A stretch of DNA of 64,000 bases, from IMG/VR virus record IMGVR_UViG_3300034062_005626. One strand, 5' to 3'. The notes below the pieces were generated by a model that saw nothing but the letters and a program-made list of their open reading frames with translations, was not told the origin of the DNA and did not search any database. The stretch is from a virus. Lineage: Duplodnaviria > Caudoviricetes. This document shows positions 1 through 7,644 of the stretch, one piece after another. Numbering within the stretch: position 1 is the first letter of the stretch; each line of letters opens with the position of its first letter. The position numbers and the translations under genes were made by a program.

Positions 1-549
1 CATTTGGTCCAATTCTCCAACATTCCAAGCATTTACCATTAATCGTCTTGAGTCCGGATTTGTTTTAAGGTCACGAATTAGGTTTTGGATTTGGTCTATA
101 TTTCCCAATCCATGTTTATCCTCTAAAGCACCAGCACTCCAACTTCTCCATTGTTTTCCATACACCGGCCCGAGTGAACCCCACTGCTTGGCAAACTCAT
201 CATCGGTCTTAATCATGTTAATGAATTGTTCCTGGTTCCAAATTAAATCAGGGTCACCTTCGCTCGTATTCATAAAGTTTTTGAACGCATCACCATCCCA
301 AATATGACAACCATTATCAACGAGGAACTTAATGTTTGTGTCACCACGAAGGAACCATAATAACTCAGTCACCATAGTTTTCCAAGCCATCTTCTTGGTT
401 GTAAGAACTGGAAATCCATCTTTCATGTTATGACGAATGGTATAACCAAAAATACTTTTGGTTCCTGTACCAGTTCGGTCTTTCTTTTCAACTCCGTAAT
501 CTAAAATAGTTTGGAGTAAATCTTGGTATTGTTTATCTAGTTTGTTCAT
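1..549 (-). CDS. thyA: thymidylate synthase (5' part; runs off window start)
   Basis: Manual translation from ATG at 549: [30 protein letters not shown]...FPVLTTKK...[11 protein letters not shown]...[10 protein letters not shown]...[20 protein letters not shown]; not in the ORF track because it is truncated. Confidence 0.97.
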   Translation of the reverse strand, partial: MNKLDKQYQDLLQTILDYGVEKKDRTGTGTKSIFGYTIRHNMKDGFPVLTTKKMAWKTMVTELLWFLRGDTNIKFLVDNGCHIWDGDAFKNFMNTSEGDPDLIWNQEQFINMIKTDDEFAKQWGSLGPVYGKQWRSWSAGALEDKHGLGNIDQIQNLIRDLKTNPDSRRLMVNAWNVGELDQM

Positions 550-724
550 CTTCTTTTTGTTTTAAATCTAATTCACTTTCATAAAAGAAAGGACAACACC
601 ACTTTCTTTCATCACAATTAAGCTTAATCATTTTTCCATTATAACAACCCACTTGAGTTACTGTAGCCCAACCACTGTATCTAGTTTTAACTCTGTCACC
701 TACTTTTAAAGTATCAAATGTCAT
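533..724 (-). CDS. small hypothetical protein (KOW/SH3-like LKVGDRV start)
   Basis: 63 aa ORF overlapping the thyA start. Confidence 0.6.
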   Translation of the reverse strand: MTFDTLKVGDRVKTRYSGWATVTQVGCYNGKMIKLNCDERKWCCPFFYESELDLKQKEDEQTR

Positions 725-747
725 TGTTCTTTAATTATTTTCCATTT

Positions 748-993
748 TTAACTTTCAATATTTAAATTATATGAAGTAAGTGTTTCTCTTATTTCATCTC
801 TAATTTTTTGACATATTTCTATTTCTTCAGAAGATGCTTCTTCATTTGAATAAAACTTAAAACCATGTTTGGTTGTGGTTCTCAATTTTTGGTCCAAGTC
901 CCACATTGCTAGTTTCCACTTATAACCGTCAAGAGCATCTCTTGCATCTTGTGATTCTTCTACCGAATCAAATTCTATTATTATTTTTCCCAT
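748..993 (-). CDS. hypothetical phage protein
   Basis: 81 aa ORF in a tightly packed operon. Confidence 0.7.
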   Translation of the reverse strand: MGKIIIEFDSVEESQDARDALDGYKWKLAMWDLDQKLRTTTKHGFKFYSNEEASSEEIEICQKIRDEIRETLTSYNLNIES

Positions 994-1003
994 AATAACA
1001 AAG

Positions 1004-1222
1004 TTATAAATTTTTTTCTAATATATCAAGGTACTCATTAAAATCCTGTTTGGATGGTGGTCTACCGTCAATGTCGTGAAGACGATTGTAGTAATTTCTA
1101 ATTTTTTGAATTGTTTCGTATCCTTCAACCTCATGAAGTCCATCCATTAAGGTATTGTCCCAAAGTCTTTGTTCGTCTTCATTCATGTCCTCCCTTAAAT
1201 AAGGTACTCTATCTTCGCTCAT
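1004..1222 (-). CDS. hypothetical protein
   Basis: 72 aa ORF, ATGA overlap with upstream gene. Confidence 0.65.
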   Translation of the reverse strand: MSEDRVPYLREDMNEDEQRLWDNTLMDGLHEVEGYETIQKIRNYYNRLHDIDGRPPSKQDFNEYLDILEKNL

Positions 1223-1524
1223 AATATGTTTAATTCTTTTCTATATTTTTTTATTTTTTCTCTTGTCTTTTGAAATTCATCTCCGTCACTTGCTTTATGA
1301 CCTTTACCAACAGCCTCTGTGATTATTAATTCGTTTTTTAAAATAAAAGTTAATTTTTCTGAATTTGTCAACTCATAAGGAACAACTTCTGTTCTGATGA
1401 ACTCACGAATCATCCCTCTTATCTTGTCAATCTGCTTAGTTGGGTTACCTTTAGCGTTATGACACATGATAGATGTTTGGTAAATTGTTCTACTTAGCTC
1501 TAATATTTTTTTATCAAATCCCAT
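1219..1524 (-). CDS. hypothetical protein
   Basis: 101 aa ORF, coupled on both sides. Confidence 0.7.
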   Translation of the reverse strand: MGFDKKILELSRTIYQTSIMCHNAKGNPTKQIDKIRGMIREFIRTEVVPYELTNSEKLTFILKNELIITEAVGKGHKASDGDEFQKTREKIKKYRKELNIL

Positions 1525-2524
1525 CTTTAACTGTATTTTTAATTACACCTTCAACTCTATGTTTATGTGGATAAGAGTCTTCAATAATATCTTTAACCCC
1601 CTCTTGAATGATGTATTCAACGACTCCTTCGTCACCACTTTTTCCCCATAGTGTTCTAGTATCTTCAATACGGTAAAGATTACTACTCTTTTGAAAACGG
1701 GTCTCTTTTACCCCATTTTGAATGGCATCTTTAATTGACCGAAACGGTTTTTGAAGTCTTTTACTGGTTTGTCTTACCCCATTTTGAATGGTGTCTTCAA
1801 CCTGGTTCGCTTTCACCTTTACCGAAAGGTTGGTGTGTCTTACCCCATTTTGAATGACATCTTCAACTTGTATCAAACCACTCTGGAAATTGAAGTGGGT
1901 GTCCTTAACCCCATTTTGAATAGCGTCTTCAACCTCATTATTTTGTTTTGGAGATTCAATTTGATGAACTATTTTACCTTTCATCTCTATTGAACCCAAA
2001 TAACCACTAGGTGTTGTTTCTTTCACCCCATTTTGAATGGTGTCTTCAATAACCAAGTCACTAGAATAATTGAAATAATCGGTGTGTCTTACACCATTTT
2101 GAATGGTGTCTTCAACGGTCGTTGAATGATTGACTTTGGAACAGCCGGTGTGTCTTACCCCATTTTGAATGGTGTCTTCAACCCATTTTGGGTAGCTGCG
2201 TTCATCACATTGGGTGTCCTTCACCCCATTTTGGATGGTGTCTTCAACAGGTTTAATACCCAAAAATCTTGATTCAAACCAGTTCTTAATAAAATCTCTT
2301 TCTTCAGTGCAATCCTTACCGATTAGTTCCAACTCACTTTTAAATAGGTTATAGTTGAACCATAAGGTTTTATCGTTTGTAAATTCAACCACCCATTTTT
2401 TTTCTTTGGTGAATATCAACCAAGTTGAACCTTGTTCTGTAACATACTTGTCTGCACCTTCAATCATTTGGTCAAACATTCCAAAAACAAGTTTCTCTAA
2501 TTTTTTTCCTGATGGATTTTTCAC
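1514..2524 (-). CDS. hypothetical protein with ~90 aa N-terminal domain and VEDTIQNGV(R/K)xT repeats separated by variable 10-aa linkers
   Basis: 336 aa ORF; repeat variants are mostly synonymous or conservative. Confidence 0.75.
   Translation of the reverse strand: MKNPSGKKLEKLVFGMFDQMIEGADKYVTEQGSTWLIFTKEKKWVVEFTNDKTLWFNYNLFKSELELIGKDCTEERDFIKNWFESRFLGIKPVEDTIQNGVKDTQCDERSYPKWVEDTIQNGVRHTGCSKVNHSTTVEDTIQNGVRHTDYFNYSSDLVIEDTIQNGVKETTPSGYLGSIEMKGKIVHQIESPKQNNEVEDAIQNGVKDTHFNFQSGLIQVEDVIQNGVRHTNLSVKVKANQVEDTIQNGVRQTSKRLQKPFRSIKDAIQNGVKETRFQKSSNLYRIEDTRTLWGKSGDEGVVEYIIQEGVKDIIEDSYPHKHRVEGVIKNTVKDGI
1700..2248. repeat. 36-nt direct repeat array with CRISPR-like geometry (GGTGTGTCTTACCCCATTTTGAATGGTGTCTTCAAC), inside a CDS
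   Basis: Repeats start at 1700, 1766, 1832, 1898, 2015, 2081, 2147, 2213. Six spacers are exactly 30 nt and one is 81 nt. Degenerate copies at 1520, 1586, 1634. No cas genes in the window. Confidence 0.9.
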
Positions 2525-2533
2525 GGTTTTAAT

Positions 2534-2737
2534 TTATTGATATAAGGTATATAATTTTTCAGCAATTTTTTTTAACTTGAACTCCAATTCTTGTATTGTT
2601 CTTTTTTGTTCCTCGTTTAGTTCAAAACCATCCGCTCTTATGTCGGCAATTTCGTTAGTTAGTCGTCTGTGTTCAGACATCAACTGTCCATGTAAAATTC
2701 TTTTGTCTTCCATATACTTTTTTTTTAATCCCACCAA
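2534..2737 (-). CDS. small coiled-coil hypothetical protein
   Basis: 67 aa ORF; true start probably the internal Met (MEDKRIL). Confidence 0.6.
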   Translation of the reverse strand: MVGLKKKYMEDKRILHGQLMSEHRRLTNEIADIRADGFELNEEQKRTIQELEFKLKKIAEKLYTLYQ

Positions 2738-3306
2738 TAGGGTAATCTTTCCTCTAAAATTCGGAAAAGAAGTTTATTTGCTTTATTATGATTATAGTAA
2801 GATACTTCTAAACATAAAGTTTTTTTATCTTCAATAACTCCGTGTTTTTTAATAACCACGCGAACTGAAGAAGGATATTTATTTAGATAATTGTCAAATC
2901 TTTCATCAGTTGTTTTAATTTCAATAGATTTTGAATCAGGTTTATTTGGGACATCCTCAAAACTTATATCATCGTTCCAGTAATCCATACATTCTAATTG
3001 ATAATGTTCTTCTCTAACTCTTTCAAGTAAGTTAAGAGCCAAAGTCATATCTCTATTATCTCTATCGATATTCATATGTCTATTAGCACTTACAAGTTCT
3101 TTTCTTTGAAACTCTATTTTCTTTTGTAATATTTTTAAAATGAAGTCGCCGTCCCAATCTCTATCGTGGTAGATAGTTGGCATCCATTTAAAAATGTTTT
3201 TCACACCGGTAAAAAAATATCTTATTCTCCAATGTAATTTACTTAATAAAGTATTTCTATCCCAATCAGAATCTTTTGGTATTGGTAATTGTTCATATGT
3301 TTTCAT
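2725..3306 (-). CDS. conserved hypothetical phage protein
   Basis: 193 aa ORF with W.P.I..DRDWD motif. Confidence 0.75.
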   Translation of the reverse strand: MKTYEQLPIPKDSDWDRNTLLSKLHWRIRYFFTGVKNIFKWMPTIYHDRDWDGDFILKILQKKIEFQRKELVSANRHMNIDRDNRDMTLALNLLERVREEHYQLECMDYWNDDISFEDVPNKPDSKSIEIKTTDERFDNYLNKYPSSVRVVIKKHGVIEDKKTLCLEVSYYNHNKANKLLFRILEERLPYWWD

Positions 3307-3316
3307 TTGTTTTTGT

Positions 3317-3553
3317 TTATTTCAATTTATAAACTTTATATGGTGGATTTATTTTGGTTTCGCTCCCATCACTATTTTTATAAATTAAGGTGTCTTCTCT
3401 ATAATATATGGAATCCGCATACCAAATAGCATCATGCATAGGATTGGTTCCTGATGTTGGTAAATAAATTTTTCCTTTTATTTTGTATTTAAAATCTTCC
3501 TCGACACAAGAAAATAATAAAAATAAAGGTAGTAGGTAAATTAACTTTTTCAT
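3317..3553 (-). CDS. putative lipoprotein
   Basis: MKKLIYLLPLFLLFSC lipobox-like signal. Confidence 0.65.
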   Translation of the reverse strand: MKKLIYLLPLFLLFSCVEEDFKYKIKGKIYLPTSGTNPMHDAIWYADSIYYREDTLIYKNSDGSETKINPPYKVYKLK

Positions 3554-3816
3554 TTTTTGTTAAATAATTCTTTTAGTTCTTCTTGTAGGTTGTCGTATTC
3601 TTCTACATAATTTTCAAATAGTTTTTTATTTTCAAAAAATCCCAAAGTAAAAGAAGACGATGTTAAAATATATAAAAAATTAAAGTTAATAAAATTTAGA
3701 AAAAGCATAACTTGTTCCACAATAAATAAAACAAGACACATAAATCCTAAAAAACTATGAACTCTCATTTGTGATGTGACAACAATCAATCTTGAATAAA
3801 TTTCATTCTCTCTCAT
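3550..3816 (-). CDS. membrane protein (2 TM)
   Basis: Two hydrophobic segments. Confidence 0.65.
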   Translation of the reverse strand: MRENEIYSRLIVVTSQMRVHSFLGFMCLVLFIVEQVMLFLNFINFNFLYILTSSSFTLGFFENKKLFENYVEEYDNLQEELKELFNKK

Positions 3817-4223
3817 TATTTTGTTGAGACTTTTGTTAATATAGTATCCAAGGACATTTTAATATTAGATTTAATTTCTTTTTCGTATGAAATGGCATCT
3901 TCTTCAACTCTTGTGTTGAATAATTTGTGCAATTTAGTTGAGCTACTATATTGTAATTTTATTTCATAGTGGTAAATATGGTTTGTTATTTCTAAAAAAG
4001 AATCTTCAATCATAATGAATATACCTAATTCTTGATTTACAATATATTTTTTACCAGATAAAGGAGCAATTGTAAATTTAGATTCTTTATGTCTTAACAT
4101 TTTTCTAAATATTGACATAGCCTTTTGTTCATAGGAAGTTAAGTCATCAGGTTTTTTTTGATTTAACCCATCTCTCATAAATTTTAGATACTTGATGTGG
4201 ATTTTTTTAAAAAGTCTTTTCAT
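3816..4223 (-). CDS. hypothetical protein
   Basis: 135 aa ORF. Confidence 0.7.
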   Translation of the reverse strand: MKRLFKKIHIKYLKFMRDGLNQKKPDDLTSYEQKAMSIFRKMLRHKESKFTIAPLSGKKYIVNQELGIFIMIEDSFLEITNHIYHYEIKLQYSSSTKLHKLFNTRVEEDAISYEKEIKSNIKMSLDTILTKVSTK

Positions 4224-4279
4224 TTGTTTAATTGTTTATTTATGTCAAAAATAAAAAAACAATACCATAGAATCAAACT

Positions 4280-4918
4280 TTATTTGAATTTTTTTACTTT
4301 GTTTTTACCTCTCATTTGATTGGCATATCCCAACCAAATCTTTTTGACTTTCGGCCATTCTTTTTTTGGATTGTCAAATTTTAAAATATTTTCTCTGAAC
4401 CATTCTTCCATGGCATCATCGAGTGATACTCTTTTGAATCTTGCTCTTGAAATTAACCCTTTTACATATGCAGGTATTTCATGTGGGTTTGTCAGGTATT
4501 CAAAGTTGTTGGTGTATTCAGTACTTGGGTAGTACATATCCTCAAAATTATCTTGACCGATATGTTCCACTTCATGTACTAATGTTTCTTTTAATTCGGC
4601 TGTAAAATCAACCATTACTTTAGGGAAGTCTTGAGGTCTATATGTAATCTCAATTTCTATAATATCAAATTCAGCGTCTGCACTTATTGAAAATGGATGA
4701 TTAAAATCTTCATCATAAATGAATTTACACACCACATCAAATTCGGCGTAATCATCACCTCTTTCTACATAATAGTTTTTAGTAAAATTTTCTTCTTGTT
4801 TGAAATGATAAATTACATCTCGATATATTTCATTAACAACTATATCAAGTTTACCTTCCTTAATTAAGTTTTTTTTTAACTTATTAACAATAATATTTTC
4901 AAATATAGAATTAATCAT
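4280..4918 (-). CDS. putative zincin-type metallopeptidase-like protein with N-terminal leader
   Basis: HEVEH (HExxH) plus downstream PHEIPAY; leader ends in NLIKE. Confidence 0.55.
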   Translation of the reverse strand: MINSIFENIIVNKLKKNLIKEGKLDIVVNEIYRDVIYHFKQEENFTKNYYVERGDDYAEFDVVCKFIYDEDFNHPFSISADAEFDIIEIEITYRPQDFPKVMVDFTAELKETLVHEVEHIGQDNFEDMYYPSTEYTNNFEYLTNPHEIPAYVKGLISRARFKRVSLDDAMEEWFRENILKFDNPKKEWPKVKKIWLGYANQMRGKNKVKKFK

Positions 4919-5526
4919 TGTTGAAGATACGTCATCAGAACTCCACCTATTGCGGTTGCGTGATTTTGTAAATGGTTAATTGATTCAATGTCCAATCTGG
5001 TTTTTCTTTTGGTAAAGTCGACAGAGAGAACCCCAATGAATTTTTCTTCTATTGTTTTAATGGCAAATAAATAAGAAGATTTACAGTTAGATTCCTCAGC
5101 AACATATTTTAAACCAAACGTTGCGATTTTCTCATCTTTAAAATCAGGAACTTCAATTACGTTATTATTGTAAAGTTCGTTAATTGATTTTGAAAAAAGA
5201 TTTACAGGTATGTTTTTAAAATTTGTTTGGACGGAATTTGTATTGGGTCCAACAGTTTCATAAACTATTGAAAACTTAGCCATAGACCTACCTGTTGGAT
5301 AAAAATTACCTCCGTTATGGAATTGTGAAACCCATACTCTATCGGCACCAAATTCTTCTTTTATATGTTCTATTTTTTGATTTACAAGTTCACTAACTCG
5401 TAATGTGTCCATAACCATATCAGGTTTTGTCTTTTGTTTATCCAAAAGATGTTTGATATATAAAAGTAATATGGGACCCAATACCCCCGATATGAAGGCA
5501 ATAATTAATTGATAAATTCCGTCCAT
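4915..5526 (-). CDS. single-TM protein with GAF-like domain, T4 holin T-like
   Basis: N-terminal TM helix then ADRVWVSQFHNGG...FIGVLSVDF GAF-like fold; architecture resembles T4 gpT. Confidence 0.55.
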   Translation of the reverse strand: MDGIYQLIIAFISGVLGPILLLYIKHLLDKQKTKPDMVMDTLRVSELVNQKIEHIKEEFGADRVWVSQFHNGGNFYPTGRSMAKFSIVYETVGPNTNSVQTNFKNIPVNLFSKSINELYNNNVIEVPDFKDEKIATFGLKYVAEESNCKSSYLFAIKTIEEKFIGVLSVDFTKRKTRLDIESINHLQNHATAIGGVLMTYLQQ

Positions 5527-5554
5527 TTTAATGAATTGAAAAATTTAGAAAAAA

Positions 5555-5728
5555 TTATGATTTGTTTTTCTCTATTATGGACCAAATAGTACCTGCTAAT
5601 GTTATAATACCACCAATGATTTCTGTTGCGGTAGATTCGTCAATTAAACCTTTAGTAATTAATATACCACCAATAAAAGTAAGTCCGTGTCTGACAATTC
5701 CTAAAATTTGTTCTTTCGTAAGTTTCAT
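5555..5728 (-). CDS. small 2-TM holin-like protein (57 aa)
   Basis: Manual translation: MKLTKEQILGIVRHGLTFIGGILITKGLIDESTATEIIGGIITLAGTIWSIIEKNKS. Confidence 0.65.
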   Translation of the reverse strand: MKLTKEQILGIVRHGLTFIGGILITKGLIDESTATEIIGGIITLAGTIWSIIEKNKS

Positions 5729-5783
5729 TTTTAAATTCTTGAACGTTTATTTATTTTAATAAATATAATAAACATCATAAAAA

Positions 5784-5870
5784 TTACGCTTTGTGTTTAA
5801 AGTATTTGTAAATTATAAAAACAATAAGTAGACACGGGGTCGATGCTGCGATGATTTCGGTAATAGACAT
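5784..5870 (-). CDS. 28 aa membrane peptide
   Basis: MSITEIIAASTPCLLIVFIIYKYFKHKA. Confidence 0.35.
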   Translation of the reverse strand: MSITEIIAASTPCLLIVFIIYKYFKHKA

Positions 5871-5960
5871 AATTTTTTATTTATATATATGTAAAACAAT
5901 ATTAATGGTGGTTACAAGAGTTGTCAAAACTTTCATAACCATTCTTTTTTTTAGCATTTG

Positions 5961-6037
5961 TGGTGGTCCCACCTGGGTTCGAACCAGAGACCTACGGTTT
6001 ATGAGACCGTTGCTCTAACCTGCTGAGCTATAAGACC
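5961..6037 (-). tRNA. tRNA-CAT (Met or Ile2), CCA encoded
   Basis: GGTCTTA/TGGGACC acceptor, ACGGT-CTCATAA-ACCGT anticodon arm, GGTTCGAACCC T arm, 3' ACCA. Confidence 0.93.
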
Positions 6038-6044
6038 AAAATAA

Positions 6045-6224
6045 TTATAATAGGTTTTTGAAAAACTGTGTCCATTTTTCAGTTGCGGGACCCAATAAAA
6101 TAACTGAACCCAAACAATAAATTATGGTCATCCAAGAAAATTCATTTTTAAAAAATAAATAAGTACACACAACACCAATGATGGTCATAAAAAGACCCAA
6201 AAAGGTAAAAAGATATTTTTTCAT
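6045..6224 (-). CDS. 59 aa 2-TM membrane protein
   Basis: MKKYLFTFLGLFMTIIGVVCTYLFFKNEFSWMTIIYCLGSVILLGPATEKWTQFFKNLL. Confidence 0.55.
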   Translation of the reverse strand: MKKYLFTFLGLFMTIIGVVCTYLFFKNEFSWMTIIYCLGSVILLGPATEKWTQFFKNLL

Positions 6225-6241
6225 ATATAATAATTTTTTTG

Positions 6242-6313
6242 CGGTCCATGCGAGAATCGAACTCGCGGCTCATCCGTGACAGGGATGAATGTTAGCCACT
6301 ACACCAATGGACC
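6242..6313 (-). tRNA. trnD: tRNA-Asp(GTC)
   Basis: GGTCCAT/ATGGACC acceptor, CATCC-CTGTCAC-GGATG anticodon arm. Confidence 0.93.
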
Positions 6314-6318
6314 TGTTT

Positions 6319-6588
6319 TTACAACTTTTGGACTTGTTCCATAACTTCTGTAACTTCTTCAGGATTTAAATAACCAATCACATCACTTGTAACAGAAGTT
6401 TCATATGTTAGATTACCTTCTTTGTCTAAAACTGCAATTTCGAACAAACCATCTTTTCCACCATATGAATATGTGTGAGACACAACACTAACTCCAAATC
6501 CGTTTTCAAACATCATTCGAGAACGAACACCTGACATATATGGTTCATCAGACAATTTATCAAATTCTAAATCTTCAAATTTTTTCAT
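6319..6588 (-). CDS. conserved hypothetical phage protein
   Basis: 89 aa with F.NG.GVSVV...SYGG..GLFEIAVL motif. Confidence 0.8.
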   Translation of the reverse strand: MKKFEDLEFDKLSDEPYMSGVRSRMMFENGFGVSVVSHTYSYGGKDGLFEIAVLDKEGNLTYETSVTSDVIGYLNPEEVTEVMEQVQKL

Positions 6589-6605
6589 AACTTTTAATTT
6601 TTTTG

Positions 6606-6724
6606 TAGTCAGGACAGGATTTGAACCTGTACCCTATGATTTGTACTTCATCATAGGAGCTTATGCTATTTTTATACAGTGGTGTCGCCCCACAGCAGCG
6701 TCTAACCAATTCCGCCACCTGACT
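6606..6724 (-). ncRNA. tRNA-like RNA with large non-canonical insert replacing the anticodon/variable region
   Basis: AGTCAGG/CCTGACT acceptor, GCG-GAATTGGTTAGA-CGC D arm, ACAGG-TTCAAAT-CCTGT T arm; centre has GTGG/CCAC and CCTATGAT/ATCATAGG hairpins and no 7-nt anticodon loop. Confidence 0.8.
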
Positions 6725-6775
6725 ATTTAATTTATCTCTTAGTGGATAAAAGCCTATCACAAAGGATTAGGTTTG

Positions 6776-6847
6776 TAGCCCATCCCGGTAACGCTCCGAG
6801 ATTTGTTGGATGAAAACCAACTGTCCTTACTTTTAGACGAATGGGCC
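6776..6847 (-). tRNA. trnE: tRNA-Glu(TTC)
   Basis: GTTGG-TTTTCAT-CCAAC anticodon arm; atypical T loop AGCGTTA. Confidence 0.85.
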
Positions 6848-6919
6848 GTAAATGAGGGTAGACGCGGGCTTAGCTAGCCGTCTTTCAGGAAAAGCCCTTT
6901 TTCATATTCTACCCCTTTG

Positions 6920-6986
6920 TAGTCAGGACAGGATTCGAACCTGCAATCTTCATTTACGATGCGTACTCCAATAACGCCACCTGACT
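6920..6986 (-). ncRNA. short tRNA-like RNA with collapsed anticodon domain
   Basis: Same AGTCAGG/CCTGACT acceptor and near-identical T arm as 6606-6724; only 16 nt (ATCGTAAATGAAGATT) between D and T arms. Confidence 0.75.
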
Positions 6987-7062
6987 ATGTCCTCGTCTTT
7001 CCGAGATGTCAATACGGATATTTTGTGTACAATTCAGGACTCTCGTATTGCTTCCTTAGTTG

Positions 7063-7136
7063 TAGTTAATACTGGACTCGAACCAATGACCTATTCCGTA
7101 TCAGGGAATCGCTCTAACCAACTGAGCTAATTAACT
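7063..7136 (-). tRNA. trnI: tRNA-Ile(GAT)
   Basis: AGTTAAT/ATTAACT acceptor, TTCC-CTGATAC-GGAA anticodon arm. Confidence 0.9.
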
Positions 7137-7280
7137 ATGTTTGTATTTAAAAGAATTTTGGTCAACCACTCGCATCCCACCAATCTATTGTATCAAACTT
7201 TCTGTAGTCTAAACGATTAAATCTCCTACTACTCATTTTCAACTCACTTGCCTAAGCCTTGTCCGTTGTAAATTCTTTTG

Positions 7281-7355
7281 TGGTATGGGAATGGAATCGA
7301 ACCATCGGCACAAGAGTTTTCGGGCTCTTTGCTCTACCTACTGAGCTACCACACC
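7281..7355 (-). tRNA. tRNA-Phe-like with 8-nt anticodon loop (CCCGAAAA)
   Basis: GGTGTGG/CCATACC acceptor, canonical D and T arms, AAGAG-CCCGAAAA-CTCTT. Confidence 0.8.
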
Positions 7356-7462
7356 AATTATTTGTAATTAGTAGTTGATACACACTCTCGTTTCACCATC
7401 TTGTATCAACAGGTTAATGCACTTTACGAGTTTCCCTTTTCTTACAATCACAATATCTTAAA

Positions 7463-7521
7463 TCAAAGAACTTTTTTCTATTGTTGTGGGGGTGAGACCA
7501 CCATCACATTTTCTCACCCCC
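7463..7521 (-). promoter_or_regulatory. hairpin plus boxA-like GTTCTTTGA leader of the tRNA operon
   Basis: GGGGGTGAGA...TCTCACCCCC hairpin followed by GTTCTTTGATT. Confidence 0.6.
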
Positions 7522-7532
7522 GTTGTTTGTTA

Positions 7533-7567
7533 TACAAATATATGTAGTTTATTTTGATTTACCAAAT
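7533..7567 (-). promoter_or_regulatory. Bacteroidota-type promoter (TTTG...TATATTTG) driving the tRNA cluster
   Basis: Minus strand GATTTGGTAAATCAAAATAAAACTACATATATTTGTATAAC matches the -33 TTTG / -7 TAnnTTTG consensus. Confidence 0.7.
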
Positions 7568-7589
7568 CTTTTTTAAACTTTTTTTAAAA

Positions 7590-7622
7590 TAAAAAACCCA
7601 CCTTTTTTTGAAGATGGGTTTC
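7590..7622 (-). terminator. intrinsic terminator
   Basis: AAAAAACCCACC...GATGGGTTTT stem with A/T tracts. Confidence 0.65.
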
Positions 7623-7644
7623 TAAAATATTTTAGATTGTAATA

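Noticed and set aside
1700-2248. Calling the repeat array a functional CRISPR locus
   Set aside because: No cas genes or AT-rich leader in the window, and repeat variation is codon-aware; kept as a repeat and a finding rather than a CRISPR feature
1751-2837. Plus-strand ORFs 1751-1993, 2355-2540, 2577-2837
   Set aside because: Antisense shadows of better-supported minus-strand genes
5562-5759. Plus-strand 65 aa ORF
   Set aside because: Shadow of the minus-strand holin-like gene 5555-5728
6575-6760. 61 aa ORF in the track
   Set aside because: Overlaps the tRNA-like RNA 6606-6724; atypical composition
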